From a virus (taxonomy: Duplodnaviria; Caudoviricetes), in IMG/VR virus record IMGVR_UViG_3300032318_001408, positions 1 through 50,574 of that record: a stretch of DNA of 50,574 nt; one strand, given 5' to 3'. Each line of letters starts with the position of its first letter. The stretch's first letter is position 1. Below the pieces are notes generated by a model. The model was not told the origin of the DNA. It ran no database searches and saw only the letters and a program-made list of their open reading frames with translations. This document shows, piece after piece, positions 18,969-29,412 of this stretch. The position numbers and the translations under genes are program-made.

Positions 18969-20866
18969 TGCCAATTTCAGCATCACCGTCAGCCAAGAAT
19001 GCTCTTGAACAAAGCACATCTATTAAATTAAATATGGGATGTACTTTTGAGTACAACATGAACGCTATGGTAGATAATATTGTTGTTACATCAGCAGATA
19101 TAACAAAAAGTGATGGAAGTAAACCTTTTAAAAAATTATTTCCATCTGACTCTGTAATTAAACCAGCCAGACCATTAGGGGCGGGAATAAAATATGGAAT
19201 ATCTGGAGACGTACTATCTGGAACATATAGAAACCCAAAGTCAAGCATATATTCAATTAATTATAGAACATATTATCCAGGCGCAGATACATATTATAAA
19301 TATTGGTTGTCCGCAAAAGGTGTTGGAGCAGATGTAACTATCACATACCCAAAAACAATTTTAACAAACAAGATTGTAGCAAGATTTGAAATATCTCATT
19401 CAACCCCAACAACTTGGAATATTTATGTAAACGGATCATCTGTTGCAACTGGAACAAACAGCCAAATAAAAGCATTTGCTTCTGGTCAGTATGATGCTGG
19501 TACATTAACAATTTATTATAATGGAACATCTTGGGTTACTACAGAGCCAACAACATTAGGAAGTCCAGTCAGCATAACATCTATGAGATTAACTACAGGA
19601 GCGGTAAGTAATAAGTACATTGGGGTAATTGAATTTTCACCAAGATTAGTTGTAGATGTAAGTAGTTATGTTACAGACATGTCAATTTCAAAAGAATCTT
19701 CTACAAGCGCTGAGGATATTCTACCTATTGGAAAAGTTTCTGCAAACTCATTATCAGTAAATTTAGCTTCATATGAGGCATCAAGAAAAATTATATCTTT
19801 TGATAAAACTTATACTTTTGATTCTTCAAAAATATATTTATATAAAAAAGTAGAAGTAAAGCCTTATTTTAAGTTATACGGAACCTTCGGCACACTAACA
19901 GATTCAAACGGAACATATGAAAAAATTAATCAAGGCACATTCTACATAGATAATTGGTCATCATCTGAGTACGGAGATATATCAATTACAGCATTAGATG
20001 GCGCAAAGATATTACAAGAAACCATAGCTCCAAGTATTATATGCGAAGGGTACTCAGCAATAGCAATAGTTAGAAGATTATTGGATTCAGTTGGATTTAC
20101 AAGTTATAATTTTAATTCATCTAATACTGATACATCCGTATTCTCTCCAAGATTTTGGTGGACAGATGATTCTAAGACAGTCTGGAATGCCATACAAGAA
20201 TTATGTATAGACTCACAGATGACTGCAGTATTTGATGAAAATAATGTTTTACAATTTTATACAAGAGACTATATGTTTAATTCATCAAAAACAACAGATT
20301 GGTCATTTAGATATTCAGCAGATGGCTCTAACCTTTCAAATATTATTAATTTTTCAAAAAATGATTTAGCCTCAGCAAATCAAGTAAAGGTTTTATGGAA
20401 TAGCGTTACAACATCAGAGTATGCTGGCAACTCTCAGCCGCTATGGAAATCTGGAGTTTCAGATATGGGAGCACTCTCCCTTGATTCAGACCTATTGTCT
20501 AGCGTTGGATCTGGAGGATATATTGCGCTTTCTTCAATAACAATTAATACATATCAACAAAAAACTAAAATACTTGATGAGTTTAATGGATATTTTGTAA
20601 TTGATTCAGAAATTATTGAATATGATGCAATTGAATATGAATATTTAAATTCAAATAATACAAAAACTCAAGTATGGATTACAAGTTGGTCAGACGTTAC
20701 AAAATATTTAGGTGTAGGTGTTGTTGGATCTGCAAATTATCAACCAAGTGGAAAGTATAGAATTAAAACTAGAGGTGCATTTAATACAACACCTGCAGAT
20801 CATTTTGCTGCGGCATCAACTATACTAAATTCATGGAGCGGATATGAAGTTAGGTGGATAGGATAA
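18968..20866 (+). CDS. minor tail / tail tip hub protein, N-terminal part
   Basis: 632 aa; GTFYIDNW, ITALDG, VWNAIQEL...FDENNVLQF pattern of tail hub proteins. Confidence 0.7.
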   Translation: MPISASPSAKNALEQSTSIKLNMGCTFEYNMNAMVDNIVVTSADITKSDGSKPFKKLFPSDSVIKPARPLGAGIKYGISGDVLSGTYRNPKSSIYSINYRTYYPGADTYYKYWLSAKGVGADVTITYPKTILTNKIVARFEISHSTPTTWNIYVNGSSVATGTNSQIKAFASGQYDAGTLTIYYNGTSWVTTEPTTLGSPVSITSMRLTTGAVSNKYIGVIEFSPRLVVDVSSYVTDMSISKESSTSAEDILPIGKVSANSLSVNLASYEASRKIISFDKTYTFDSSKIYLYKKVEVKPYFKLYGTFGTLTDSNGTYEKINQGTFYIDNWSSSEYGDISITALDGAKILQETIAPSIICEGYSAIAIVRRLLDSVGFTSYNFNSSNTDTSVFSPRFWWTDDSKTVWNAIQELCIDSQMTAVFDENNVLQFYTRDYMFNSSKTTDWSFRYSADGSNLSNIINFSKNDLASANQVKVLWNSVTTSEYAGNSQPLWKSGVSDMGALSLDSDLLSSVGSGGYIALSSITINTYQQKTKILDEFNGYFVIDSEIIEYDAIEYEYLNSNNTKTQVWITSWSDVTKYLGVGVVGSANYQPSGKYRIKTRGAFNTTPADHFAAASTILNSWSGYEVRWIG

Positions 20867-22656
20867 TGGTATACACATATAACTTAGTAGATGGCGGAGG
20901 TGGACCTGGGACTGTTCCAGTTCCAGCGGATTATACAATTCCATGGATAAGCGTAGAGACTTTATCATTAACATCAATAAAAATTATTATCAAACATCCT
21001 ACTGCAACTCCAGGGAGTTTTGGTGGTTCAGGATCAATATTTAACATTAATGATCCAGATTTTGTTTTCCCTACAGGATCAGATGTAGTTGTTGTATCTT
21101 CAGATAGAACAACAATAACAAAAACAGGTTTGTTGCCAGGCGCACAGTATATGATTAGAGTAAGAGCATTTAGTGGAGCCGCACAATCTGGAACATATGG
21201 TCCATACATTACAGATTCATTTAAAATGCCAAGTTATAATCCTTTATCAGGAGTTGCGTCTACTGCTACTACAGTTTTGATTCCTCCTGGGTCAACAGCA
21301 GATTCACCAGGTTTAGGTTCTACTGAAAAATCAATCACAAGTCCAGCTACAAACAATACGTTTGTAGAAAAAACAATTACTGGATCTTCTTTTGCAACAA
21401 GCGGTAATAGACAGGTTGAAAAATCTTTATTTAGAGTTACTAATAATTCTTCAGACCCAACACAGTATTCAGTTGCTACAAAAAATACTTCAATATCAAC
21501 TTCGTATGATCATTATTCATTTGGAACAGGAATGTTTTTTCAGAGCAGCATTTCAAACGTTGATGCAGCTGGAGGTATAGGATTTTTTACAGATGCTTTA
21601 GGCCAATCTGGATATTATGTTGTAATGCAAACAACATCTAATTTATCAAGTACTTCAGATAGAGACGTTAAAATTTTAAAAGTTGTAAATGGTAAAAGAA
21701 TTGAATTAAATGATAGTCAAAAAAATAATCCATCCAAAACACTTACAGGAATATTGGGTGGAACTTCTTATAAAGTTGATATAAAAGTAAAAGTAACTTC
21801 TACCGTTAGAGTAATTGATGTGTATGTAAATAATTTTAAAATAACTGCAATTGATTCAGATTCTTCTACAAGTACTGATCCAGTAAATAAAGTTCTTCCA
21901 GTAACATCAAACATATCTATGTGCGCTACTACAGGATCAGCTTATTATGATTACATATATGCTATGCCACTTGAAGAAGCTCAATATAATTTAGGAATAA
22001 TGCAAAATGTATATAATGGACAATTTAATGATACATCTTTAAAATTTCTTTTTGGAGAAAAAGTTTTAAGTAATTTTAATAAAACAACTTTAAAAAATGG
22101 ATATCTTGAAGAATTTGGAACAGTTGCCCGTGAATTAAAAAAAGTAAACATTAAATATGAATCTAGACCAGGCTTTCCATTGTATCCAAGTTTAGGTATA
22201 AATAAATTTGTTAATGTTTTAGGATCAAGGTTGACATCGTTTGGGGCGGAAGTTTATTTGATAAATAATGCTGGAACATACGTACCACTAGATGACTCTT
22301 CAACAAATTCATTTAGTATAATTGGCAACTATCTAGTTACCTCTGGTCAACATGAATATATGGACAAAACTGTTAATGAGTATAATAACCCAGAACCAGT
22401 AATTTTTGAATCAAAATGGATACAAAAAGAATCTGATGCCAAGTCTATTTCTACTTGGATTAAAGATTTGTGGTCTAAGCAGCAATCTGTTGTATCTATG
22501 CAGGTATTTGGAAACCCTTTAATTTCAGTAGGCGATATATTAACCGTAAACTATCCTACAAATAATTTGGACGGGACTAAAAAGTTTGTAGTAATGAATG
22601 TAACAAATTCATTTAATCAAGGATTGGAGACATCCATAGTAGCTAGGACTCTATAG
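20866..22656 (+). CDS. minor tail / tail tip protein with FN3 domain
   Basis: Start set at TAATG overlap (ATG 20866); TGLLPGAQYMIRVRA FN3 signature; C-terminal GNPLISVGDILTV hub motif. Confidence 0.7.
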   Translation: MVYTYNLVDGGGGPGTVPVPADYTIPWISVETLSLTSIKIIIKHPTATPGSFGGSGSIFNINDPDFVFPTGSDVVVVSSDRTTITKTGLLPGAQYMIRVRAFSGAAQSGTYGPYITDSFKMPSYNPLSGVASTATTVLIPPGSTADSPGLGSTEKSITSPATNNTFVEKTITGSSFATSGNRQVEKSLFRVTNNSSDPTQYSVATKNTSISTSYDHYSFGTGMFFQSSISNVDAAGGIGFFTDALGQSGYYVVMQTTSNLSSTSDRDVKILKVVNGKRIELNDSQKNNPSKTLTGILGGTSYKVDIKVKVTSTVRVIDVYVNNFKITAIDSDSSTSTDPVNKVLPVTSNISMCATTGSAYYDYIYAMPLEEAQYNLGIMQNVYNGQFNDTSLKFLFGEKVLSNFNKTTLKNGYLEEFGTVARELKKVNIKYESRPGFPLYPSLGINKFVNVLGSRLTSFGAEVYLINNAGTYVPLDDSSTNSFSIIGNYLVTSGQHEYMDKTVNEYNNPEPVIFESKWIQKESDAKSISTWIKDLWSKQQSVVSMQVFGNPLISVGDILTVNYPTNNLDGTKKFVVMNVTNSFNQGLETSIVARTL

Positions 22657-22664
22657 CTAATAAA

Positions 22665-22673
22665 TGGTATAAT
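22665..22673 (+). promoter_or_regulatory. extended -10 promoter TGGTATAAT, leaderless
   Basis: TATAAT 22668-22673, ATG at 22680, no SD. Confidence 0.6.
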
Positions 22674-22679
22674 AAAAAA

Positions 22680-23078
22680 ATGGCAATAGAAAAACCATCA
22701 ACAACAAGCGTAGCGGCAGATGCCCCTATTGCAATATATTCTAATTCTCCAGAGATCAATGACCTAGGACCAAACTATAGAAGAGTAATCCCTGGAAATA
22801 CTATAGGACCAATTTATTTAGGATCGCCAGACCTAGATTTTAGTGAAATTGATTTATCCCTATCTCTTGATGAAGATTCAACTATTGAGGATGAGGTATC
22901 AGATGAAAATTCTTCTGTTGTAAATCAAGATGCTCCATATTTATCAGATATACAGCTAACTTCAAATGCTGTTGTGTACGATGACACTGGAAATCCATCC
23001 GTATCTTTAGTTTTTAAAATTAAAAACTCAAGTGGAAAAACTTTAAAAGGAATGAATGCGAGGGTGGAGCTTAAATGA
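22680..23078 (+). CDS. hypothetical tail-region protein
   Basis: 132-aa acidic ORF, ATGA-coupled to next gene. Confidence 0.65.
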   Translation: MAIEKPSTTSVAADAPIAIYSNSPEINDLGPNYRRVIPGNTIGPIYLGSPDLDFSEIDLSLSLDEDSTIEDEVSDENSSVVNQDAPYLSDIQLTSNAVVYDDTGNPSVSLVFKIKNSSGKTLKGMNARVELK

Positions 23079-24160
23079 TAACAAAATTTGGTAAAAGATT
23101 TTTAACTAGTTATATGGCTGGCACAGTAGACTTTGCTACAAAAGATTTAGCTTTAGGAATAGGAAGCACATCTCCTAATGCAGATGGTAATGATACAAGA
23201 TTAAATTTTGAATTTTATAGACTTCCAGCTAGTTTAAGTAGTATAGATATTAGATCAGCAAATATAACAAATGCTGTAGGCAATGGAACAAGCGTTGTAT
23301 ATACTGCTGATAATAATTTTACAAAAGGCCAGACAATAAAAATAACAAACATATCCCCATCTCAATACAATTTATCAAGTGCTATTGTAGATTCTGCATC
23401 AAGTACACAATTTACAGTTCTTAATTCAGCAACTGGATCATATACATCAGGTGGTTATGTATCATCATACTCCGTGGTGTATAAAGCAACAATTCCACAA
23501 GATATCTCTGGAGTTATTTCTGAAATAGGACTGTACCCAGGTTTTAGAAAATCAATTAATAATTTTGATAGCAAATTTATAACATCATTTGACAATAATC
23601 TTTCTTGGACGGATGGAACATATAATCCAGTAATTGTTTATAAGACTGATTCTTTTATTCCTAAAATAGGTGATAACATGATTACTATTACTGCCCCGTT
23701 AAGTACTGCAAAAGAATATACAAACTCAAATACTACATATGATATATCTGGATATAGCGTAAACGATAGTCTTGCAATTGCATATAAAAAAGCAGATGCA
23801 AATCTTTCTAAAATAAGAATTAAGTTTTATAGTTCAAATACCTCATATTGCTGGATTGATTTTACCCCAGAGGCTGGCACGGGAGATAAAATTCAATCAT
23901 TAACATTAAATAATCTTTTTTCTAATGTTACTGCAACACCTCCAGATTTAACTTCTATTATTAAAATTGGAGTAGAAGTTACAGCAACATCGGGAGGCGC
24001 AACAACAGTTTATTTTGATGCAATAAGAATTAATGATGAAGATACATTTGATCCATATTTTGGACTTATCAGTAGATCTGTTTTAACTGGAAACGACATA
24101 CTTAATAAGCCATCTGGAAGACAGGTCGACATAGAGTATAAGTTAACTTTGGAGTTTTAA
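23075..24160 (+). CDS. minor tail/baseplate-like protein
   Basis: MITKFGKRFL, ALGIG, LNFEFYR, ISEIGLY motifs of baseplate/fibre-attachment proteins; carbohydrate-binding-like middle. Confidence 0.6.
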   Translation: MITKFGKRFLTSYMAGTVDFATKDLALGIGSTSPNADGNDTRLNFEFYRLPASLSSIDIRSANITNAVGNGTSVVYTADNNFTKGQTIKITNISPSQYNLSSAIVDSASSTQFTVLNSATGSYTSGGYVSSYSVVYKATIPQDISGVISEIGLYPGFRKSINNFDSKFITSFDNNLSWTDGTYNPVIVYKTDSFIPKIGDNMITITAPLSTAKEYTNSNTTYDISGYSVNDSLAIAYKKADANLSKIRIKFYSSNTSYCWIDFTPEAGTGDKIQSLTLNNLFSNVTATPPDLTSIIKIGVEVTATSGGATTVYFDAIRINDEDTFDPYFGLISRSVLTGNDILNKPSGRQVDIEYKLTLEF

Positions 24161-26068
24161 ATGGCAGATATTCTTCAAGATTTATCTTTATCTACGCAAA
24201 CAATTCAAAATAAAGATTATTTTAATTTAGCTATTAAAAATTTAAAATTAAGTAAAACATATGCAATTCAATTTCAATGGGTTTATGAAGACGGAACAGT
24301 TGGTCAATGGTCTCCATCATATGTTGTAACAACATCAAATGAATCTGCTCCCGCAGTTCCAACTAATGCAAGTGTTCCTTCGACTGGTACTGGAAGCATT
24401 CCAGTAACGCTTAGCGTTTTCCCAACAAATGCTAAAAGAGTAGATGTAATTATAACTGGTGGAGTTTTTGGAACAAGTAGTGTCGCTTATTCTTTTACAA
24501 CTGCAGGATCAACAACAATTGCTGCACCCGCAGGAACTTACTTAGTTCAATTAAGAGCAGTATCGCCAACTGGAGTAACAAGTACAGTTGGAACAACATT
24601 TACTATTACAATTGCAGATGTAGGAGAAACAATTCAAGCTCCTACAAATCCAAATGGTTTTTCAGCATCAAGAATACTTGCTGGAGTTCAAGTAAGTTGG
24701 AATGGAACATACGCAAATGGAACCTTTACAGGATTTGAAGCAATTAAAATTTATGCTGGAACATCAACATCAGCAACTCCAGGAACATATACTGAAGTAG
24801 GAGTTTTAACAGGTAATAATGTAAAAAATACAATTGTTGTTCCAGTAGATGGGACTTATGTAAAATATGGGCAAGCAACATATTTGCATGCCGCCGCAGT
24901 AAATAAAAATGGAACAGTTGGTACAATTCAAGCAAATGTTGCAAATGTACCATTAGGACCAGGCAAGGCAAGCGATGCAGATATAAATGATGGCGCAGTA
25001 TTTATTGAAAAATTAGCTTCGAATGTTCTTACTGTTGGAAATTTAAAAGCTGGAGACATTAACGCTACGTCTTTTATTCGTGCAGGAATTGCTGGAGGCG
25101 CAAGAATAGAAATTTCAAGTTCAACAGTTGGATCTGTTCTTCCAGGATTAACAGTGTACGGCTCAGATGGAACAACTCAATTATTACGAGCATCCTTGAC
25201 TGGTGGACTTTCAATAACTGGAAACGGAACATTTACTGGCTCTATAACTGGAGCGAGTGGACAATTTGATGGAGACCTAGGTGCGTCTGGCGGAAATTTT
25301 AGAGTAAGAAGCGGAGTAGTTACAGCCTTAGCAGGATCAATTGGCGGATGGCAAATTAATAGTTCGGCATTAAAAAATTCAGCAGTAGCATTTCCAAACA
25401 TTATGCTTGACCCAGTTGGATCTAAAATTGAATTAAGAAAAGTTGCATCTGATACTACAGATTCTGGCGATTATATTAAAATGGATATTGTTAGTGGATT
25501 AAGAATAGGCACAGGTGGTCTTCCAAATTTTACAGTAGATATGACAGGCGCAATGGTTTCAAAAAACGCAACAATTTATGGAAAAATTATTGCAGCAACT
25601 AATGGACTTTATTCAGGCGTTTTAACAATTGATGGTGGATACCTATCACATAATGCTGGAATGTATATAGAAACAGAAAATGGATTTACTGTTTATACCG
25701 CAAAAACTTCAGGAGTTGGCGGACTATTTGGGTCAGGATATTTAAATATAACTAATGAGGGTCAAGTTTGGATAGGATCTGGGTCAACATTGGTTACTAC
25801 AACAAAATCATTAAATTTTACAATTAATCAGACCGCTCCATTTGATGGAGTACGTGATAGAGGATATAATTTATTAAATTTAGACGCTAGTGAATTTAGA
25901 TTTCCATTTATTAACAGCGCAGGTAGTGCTGGAAAAACCGTTGTAGTAGGTGCTTTCGGACAACTCTACAATGGTAGAGCACTTTATTACGGCACCTCTG
26001 GTACATCAGCAACTATAAATGCAGAAGTAAATGCTGCTATAGGAGATTTGTACTTCAGTACATCTTGA
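24161..26068 (+). CDS. tail fibre/spike with FN3-like domains
   Basis: YLVQLRAVS, APTNPNGFSASR..GVQVSWN FN3 patterns; Gly-rich GSIGGW fibre repeats. Confidence 0.7.
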   Translation: MADILQDLSLSTQTIQNKDYFNLAIKNLKLSKTYAIQFQWVYEDGTVGQWSPSYVVTTSNESAPAVPTNASVPSTGTGSIPVTLSVFPTNAKRVDVIITGGVFGTSSVAYSFTTAGSTTIAAPAGTYLVQLRAVSPTGVTSTVGTTFTITIADVGETIQAPTNPNGFSASRILAGVQVSWNGTYANGTFTGFEAIKIYAGTSTSATPGTYTEVGVLTGNNVKNTIVVPVDGTYVKYGQATYLHAAAVNKNGTVGTIQANVANVPLGPGKASDADINDGAVFIEKLASNVLTVGNLKAGDINATSFIRAGIAGGARIEISSSTVGSVLPGLTVYGSDGTTQLLRASLTGGLSITGNGTFTGSITGASGQFDGDLGASGGNFRVRSGVVTALAGSIGGWQINSSALKNSAVAFPNIMLDPVGSKIELRKVASDTTDSGDYIKMDIVSGLRIGTGGLPNFTVDMTGAMVSKNATIYGKIIAATNGLYSGVLTIDGGYLSHNAGMYIETENGFTVYTAKTSGVGGLFGSGYLNITNEGQVWIGSGSTLVTTTKSLNFTINQTAPFDGVRDRGYNLLNLDASEFRFPFINSAGSAGKTVVVGAFGQLYNGRALYYGTSGTSATINAEVNAAIGDLYFSTS

Positions 26069-26072
26069 TAAT

Positions 26073-28295
26073 ATGACAGTATGGAATAAAACTAGCAATG
26101 GGTCCTGGACAAAAATAAATTCTATTTTTAATAAAACTTCAAGTGGAGGATGGACTGAGATACGTGGTGTTTGGATAAAAACTGCTTCAAGTATCTGGAC
26201 AAGAGTTTTTACAAGACTTTTAGTTCCAGCAAATACTGTTAAGCCAGACGTAACTGGTACATATCGTTTGTACGCTACATTAACAGGTTCCCTAGGAACT
26301 TGGAGCTCTCCAGATGGAACAACTATTACATATTCTAGACAATGGCAAAGGTCTACTCCAGTTGGAACACCGCCAGAGCCAGGATCCTGGTCTAATATAG
26401 CTGGTGCAACAACTTCACAATACCCAACAGTTTTAGCAGACGATGGTAAATTTATTAGAGTAAATGTTACAGCAACAAATTCAAGTGGGCCATCAACAGC
26501 CGCATCTTTTGATTACTTAATAACAAAATATACACCAGTAAGTCTCTTAGCTCCAACCATTACTGGTACAGCATCGGTTGGTCAATTTTTAACAACAAGT
26601 CCAACAACTCCAGGAGTGTGGAAAACTACAACAATAAATTCTGGTGATACCTCTCCTGATACTTACTCTTATGAATGGATTTGGGGAGATACTGGGGCAT
26701 CAATTGGTTCAAATCAAAATACATATACTGTTCAGCCTACAGATGTTGGGCATACAATAAAAGTAAGAGTTACTGCAACAAATACGGGAGGCTCAACAAC
26801 TAGCGTTTATAGTAATGCTACAGCACAAATTATAGATCCTTACGTATTTTCATTTGGAAAAACTTTACATGTAGGAACAAATGGATACATCTCTTTAGAT
26901 TTATCTTTTCCAAATAGTGTTGATGCAATAAGTTCAACATCTGGTCAAGTTATAGGAATTTTACCTGCAGATTTGCAACAATCCAGTGCTACATCCATAT
27001 GGTATTGGTCAGATACTAATCAATTTATAATTAAATGGGAAGGGTATGTTTTTAATCAGCCGTCTGTTATTAGACAATATGAAATTATTTTTAATAAAAA
27101 TTTAAATTATGCAAGAGTTTATATCATAAATGCTACATCTGGATCTGGAACACAAGCATTTGTTAAAGATGGAGTAGCTCGTACAAGTTATGCATCAGGT
27201 CTAGTTACTGGAAATTTAAGAGACGTTTACTTTGATGGACAAACTCCTCCAGCAACAGTTTTTACTACATACACGCCAATGAGTAAATCATTGATGAAAC
27301 AGGTAACAGGATTAACATCTGGCAGTACAGATGTTGGATATACATCTATTGTAACATCTATAAATCAAACTGCTCCAAATTTAACAGCCCCAACAATATC
27401 TTTGATAAGTACTGGAAATGTTAGTAGCCCACTATCTGTTTATTTTTCTGGAGGAAGCGGACCATTTTATCAGATATTTTGGTGGGGAACAGCAAGTCCA
27501 CCAACTGGTCAAGTTACACCAGATGCAACTGGATCATCTAGTCCACTAACTGATAATACAGGGCCATCATCTACAGCAACACAATATATGTATGTTAGAT
27601 CTGTTGCTACAGCAAACGAAGTCAGTTTAGGACCTTCTCCTATAGCAAGTGCTTGGAGCAGTGGAGTAGCATTTAATATGACGCAGGCAAAACTATCAAC
27701 TCCTACTGGAGTAAGTGCTACAGATACCAGAACCGACGGAGTAAATATTACTTGGAATGCTGTATCTGGAGCTTCATATTACGGTATTTGGTGGGGAGGT
27801 GCTCCAGGATATGACAGTTCGCCAGATTTTGGAGGACCTAATAATGCTGGAGGATGGAATGGTATTAGCACTTCATTTTTAGATACTGGTATATCTGCTG
27901 GAACTAGTCGTGATTACTATGTACAAGCATTTGCTTCTAATAATCCAGCAGGAACAAAATCTGACTGGGGTGGTCCTGATAATGGAACAAGATCTAATGT
28001 TACACCACCAGCAACTCCAGCAATAACTTCTGGTCCTGGTATTAGTTGGGCTTCTGGTAATAACTTTACTTTATCTGCTTCCGCTTCAAATGCAACAAAT
28101 CTTGAATTTCAAGTTGAATTTGCAAACAATAATGGAGGACCAGCTCTTTCTACACAGACCTTCTTCTTTGGAGCATCCACAGGTGGCGGAACAACAGGAG
28201 CACAGCAGTATTCCTGGGCTAGAACAAGGGTAAGAGCTAATAACTCTACTACTGGTTTAAGCAGCAGTTTCTCTGCCTTTACAGGATGGGCATAA
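26073..28295 (+). CDS. tail fibre/adhesin with Ig-like and FN3 domains
   Basis: Two repeats P.(V/I)TGT...Y(S).(Q/E)W...D.G..I.V.VTATN; LSTPTGVSATD..VNITWNAVSGASYY FN3. Confidence 0.7.
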   Translation: MTVWNKTSNGSWTKINSIFNKTSSGGWTEIRGVWIKTASSIWTRVFTRLLVPANTVKPDVTGTYRLYATLTGSLGTWSSPDGTTITYSRQWQRSTPVGTPPEPGSWSNIAGATTSQYPTVLADDGKFIRVNVTATNSSGPSTAASFDYLITKYTPVSLLAPTITGTASVGQFLTTSPTTPGVWKTTTINSGDTSPDTYSYEWIWGDTGASIGSNQNTYTVQPTDVGHTIKVRVTATNTGGSTTSVYSNATAQIIDPYVFSFGKTLHVGTNGYISLDLSFPNSVDAISSTSGQVIGILPADLQQSSATSIWYWSDTNQFIIKWEGYVFNQPSVIRQYEIIFNKNLNYARVYIINATSGSGTQAFVKDGVARTSYASGLVTGNLRDVYFDGQTPPATVFTTYTPMSKSLMKQVTGLTSGSTDVGYTSIVTSINQTAPNLTAPTISLISTGNVSSPLSVYFSGGSGPFYQIFWWGTASPPTGQVTPDATGSSSPLTDNTGPSSTATQYMYVRSVATANEVSLGPSPIASAWSSGVAFNMTQAKLSTPTGVSATDTRTDGVNITWNAVSGASYYGIWWGGAPGYDSSPDFGGPNNAGGWNGISTSFLDTGISAGTSRDYYVQAFASNNPAGTKSDWGGPDNGTRSNVTPPATPAITSGPGISWASGNNFTLSASASNATNLEFQVEFANNNGGPALSTQTFFFGASTGGGTTGAQQYSWARTRVRANNSTTGLSSSFSAFTGWA

Positions 28296-28296
28296 T

Positions 28297-28500
28297 ATGA
28301 ATAATATAGATAAAATAGAAATTTTAAACAATAGACTTCTATATATTGAGCCGCATATCCTAGCACTAGAAAATGATATTGCTCAAAATCCTCAAGCAGA
28401 CATAGATGGGAAACCCCTTAGATCTAATGTTCTATTAGACTTTATAAACAAAAAACAAGCCATAGAGTTAGAAAAGAATTTCTTGACTAATCAAGGCTAA
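28297..28500 (+). CDS. small hypothetical protein
   Basis: 67-aa ORF directly after fibre gene. Confidence 0.6.
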   Translation: MNNIDKIEILNNRLLYIEPHILALENDIAQNPQADIDGKPLRSNVLLDFINKKQAIELEKNFLTNQG

Positions 28501-28510
28501 ATGCTATAAT
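28483..28510 (+). promoter_or_regulatory. promoter TTGACT-16-TATAAT, extended -10
   Basis: TGC TATAAT at 28502-28510, followed by AAGGAGG SD. Confidence 0.7.
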
Positions 28511-28527
28511 ATAGAAAGGAGGCAAAC

Positions 28528-28743
28528 ATGACCACACTATTGTCAAATGAAGAAAAAACTGCTATTATTAATCAACATTTAAAAAGCTTGCATCATAACA
28601 AGTTTAATATTGAAATATCAATTGTTGAAGAAAATGCTAGAGTAGAACCAGAAACAGAATTTCTTACAAGCTTAAATTTACAATTAACAGATATTAATTC
28701 AAGAATTTCAGCAGTAGAAGCAGAACTAGATAAGCTAGTTTAA
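28528..28743 (+). CDS. small coiled-coil protein
   Basis: 71 aa, strong SD. Confidence 0.75.
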   Translation: MTTLLSNEEKTAIINQHLKSLHHNKFNIEISIVEENARVEPETEFLTSLNLQLTDINSRISAVEAELDKLV

Positions 28744-28763
28744 TATTACATTAAGGATAAAAA

Positions 28764-28937
28764 ATGGCAGATAAAGCCGAATTAATTATAACTGCATTAC
28801 AGCAAAGAATTGGCGAGATTGTTTCAAACTATGAAACTCAAATTGCTATCTTACGTGCTGAGCTTACTGAAATAATGAATAAACAAGAAGAAAAAGAACA
28901 AGCAGTAAAAGAATTTGAAAATTCTTTACCGCTATAA
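28764..28937 (+). CDS. small coiled-coil protein (57 aa, not in ORF track)
   Basis: MADKAELIITALQQRIGEIVSNYETQIAILRAELTE...; AAGGA SD; fills the gap. Confidence 0.75.
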   Translation: MADKAELIITALQQRIGEIVSNYETQIAILRAELTEIMNKQEEKEQAVKEFENSLPL

Positions 28938-28949
28938 AGGAGATAAATA

Positions 28950-29369
28950 ATGGCATTTAATGATGGTGATCCAATTGACGCTGCCCAATTAGGGGCATTA
29001 GAAACTACTCTAGCTGAACTTAAAGCTAGAATTCCACAATTAGGCTCTTCTACAACAAATATAAATATTGATGGTGGCGGTGTTGGATCAATAGTTGTGC
29101 CAAAAATTTATGGAGGTTTTGTACCTGGACAAAGTTTAGTTCCTGGCTCAATAGTTAGTTATTCAATTAATTATTCTCCAGCAGCATTTACTGCTAAACC
29201 TACTTCAGTTGTAGTTACTCCAATTCGTGGTGGTGGAAATTCTGTATGTGATTATTATGTAGTTTCATCTTCAGTAACTGCTTCAGGTGCAATAATTAAC
29301 GCATATTTACCTGCAGATAAAACTGCATTTAAATTAGCTTTTTATTTTCTAGCAATACAGCATTCTTAG
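28950..29369 (+). CDS. hypothetical virion-associated protein
   Basis: 139 aa, AAGGAG SD; F.DGDP.DA..L start and beta-rich C-terminus seen in fibre-like proteins. Confidence 0.6.
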   Translation: MAFNDGDPIDAAQLGALETTLAELKARIPQLGSSTTNINIDGGGVGSIVVPKIYGGFVPGQSLVPGSIVSYSINYSPAAFTAKPTSVVVTPIRGGGNSVCDYYVVSSSVTASGAIINAYLPADKTAFKLAFYFLAIQHS

Positions 29370-29372
29370 GTA

Positions 29373-29411
29373 TTGACAAATTGAATCAATATGTTACAAT
29401 TACTGTAACAT
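29373..29411 (+). promoter_or_regulatory. promoter TTGACA-16-TACAAT overlapped by palindromic operator
   Basis: -35 29373-29378, TGT TACAAT 29392-29400; ATGTTACA-ATTAC-TGTAACAT 29391-29411. Confidence 0.65.
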
Positions 29412-29412
29412 T

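Noticed and set aside
20854-20866. Upstream starts given by the ORF track (also 32599, 40502, 43382)
   Set aside because: Downstream ATGs with stop-start overlaps or shorter overlaps are more plausible
24161-28295. Diversity-generating retroelement acting on fibre genes
   Set aside because: No reverse transcriptase and no adenine-variable repeat pair found in the window
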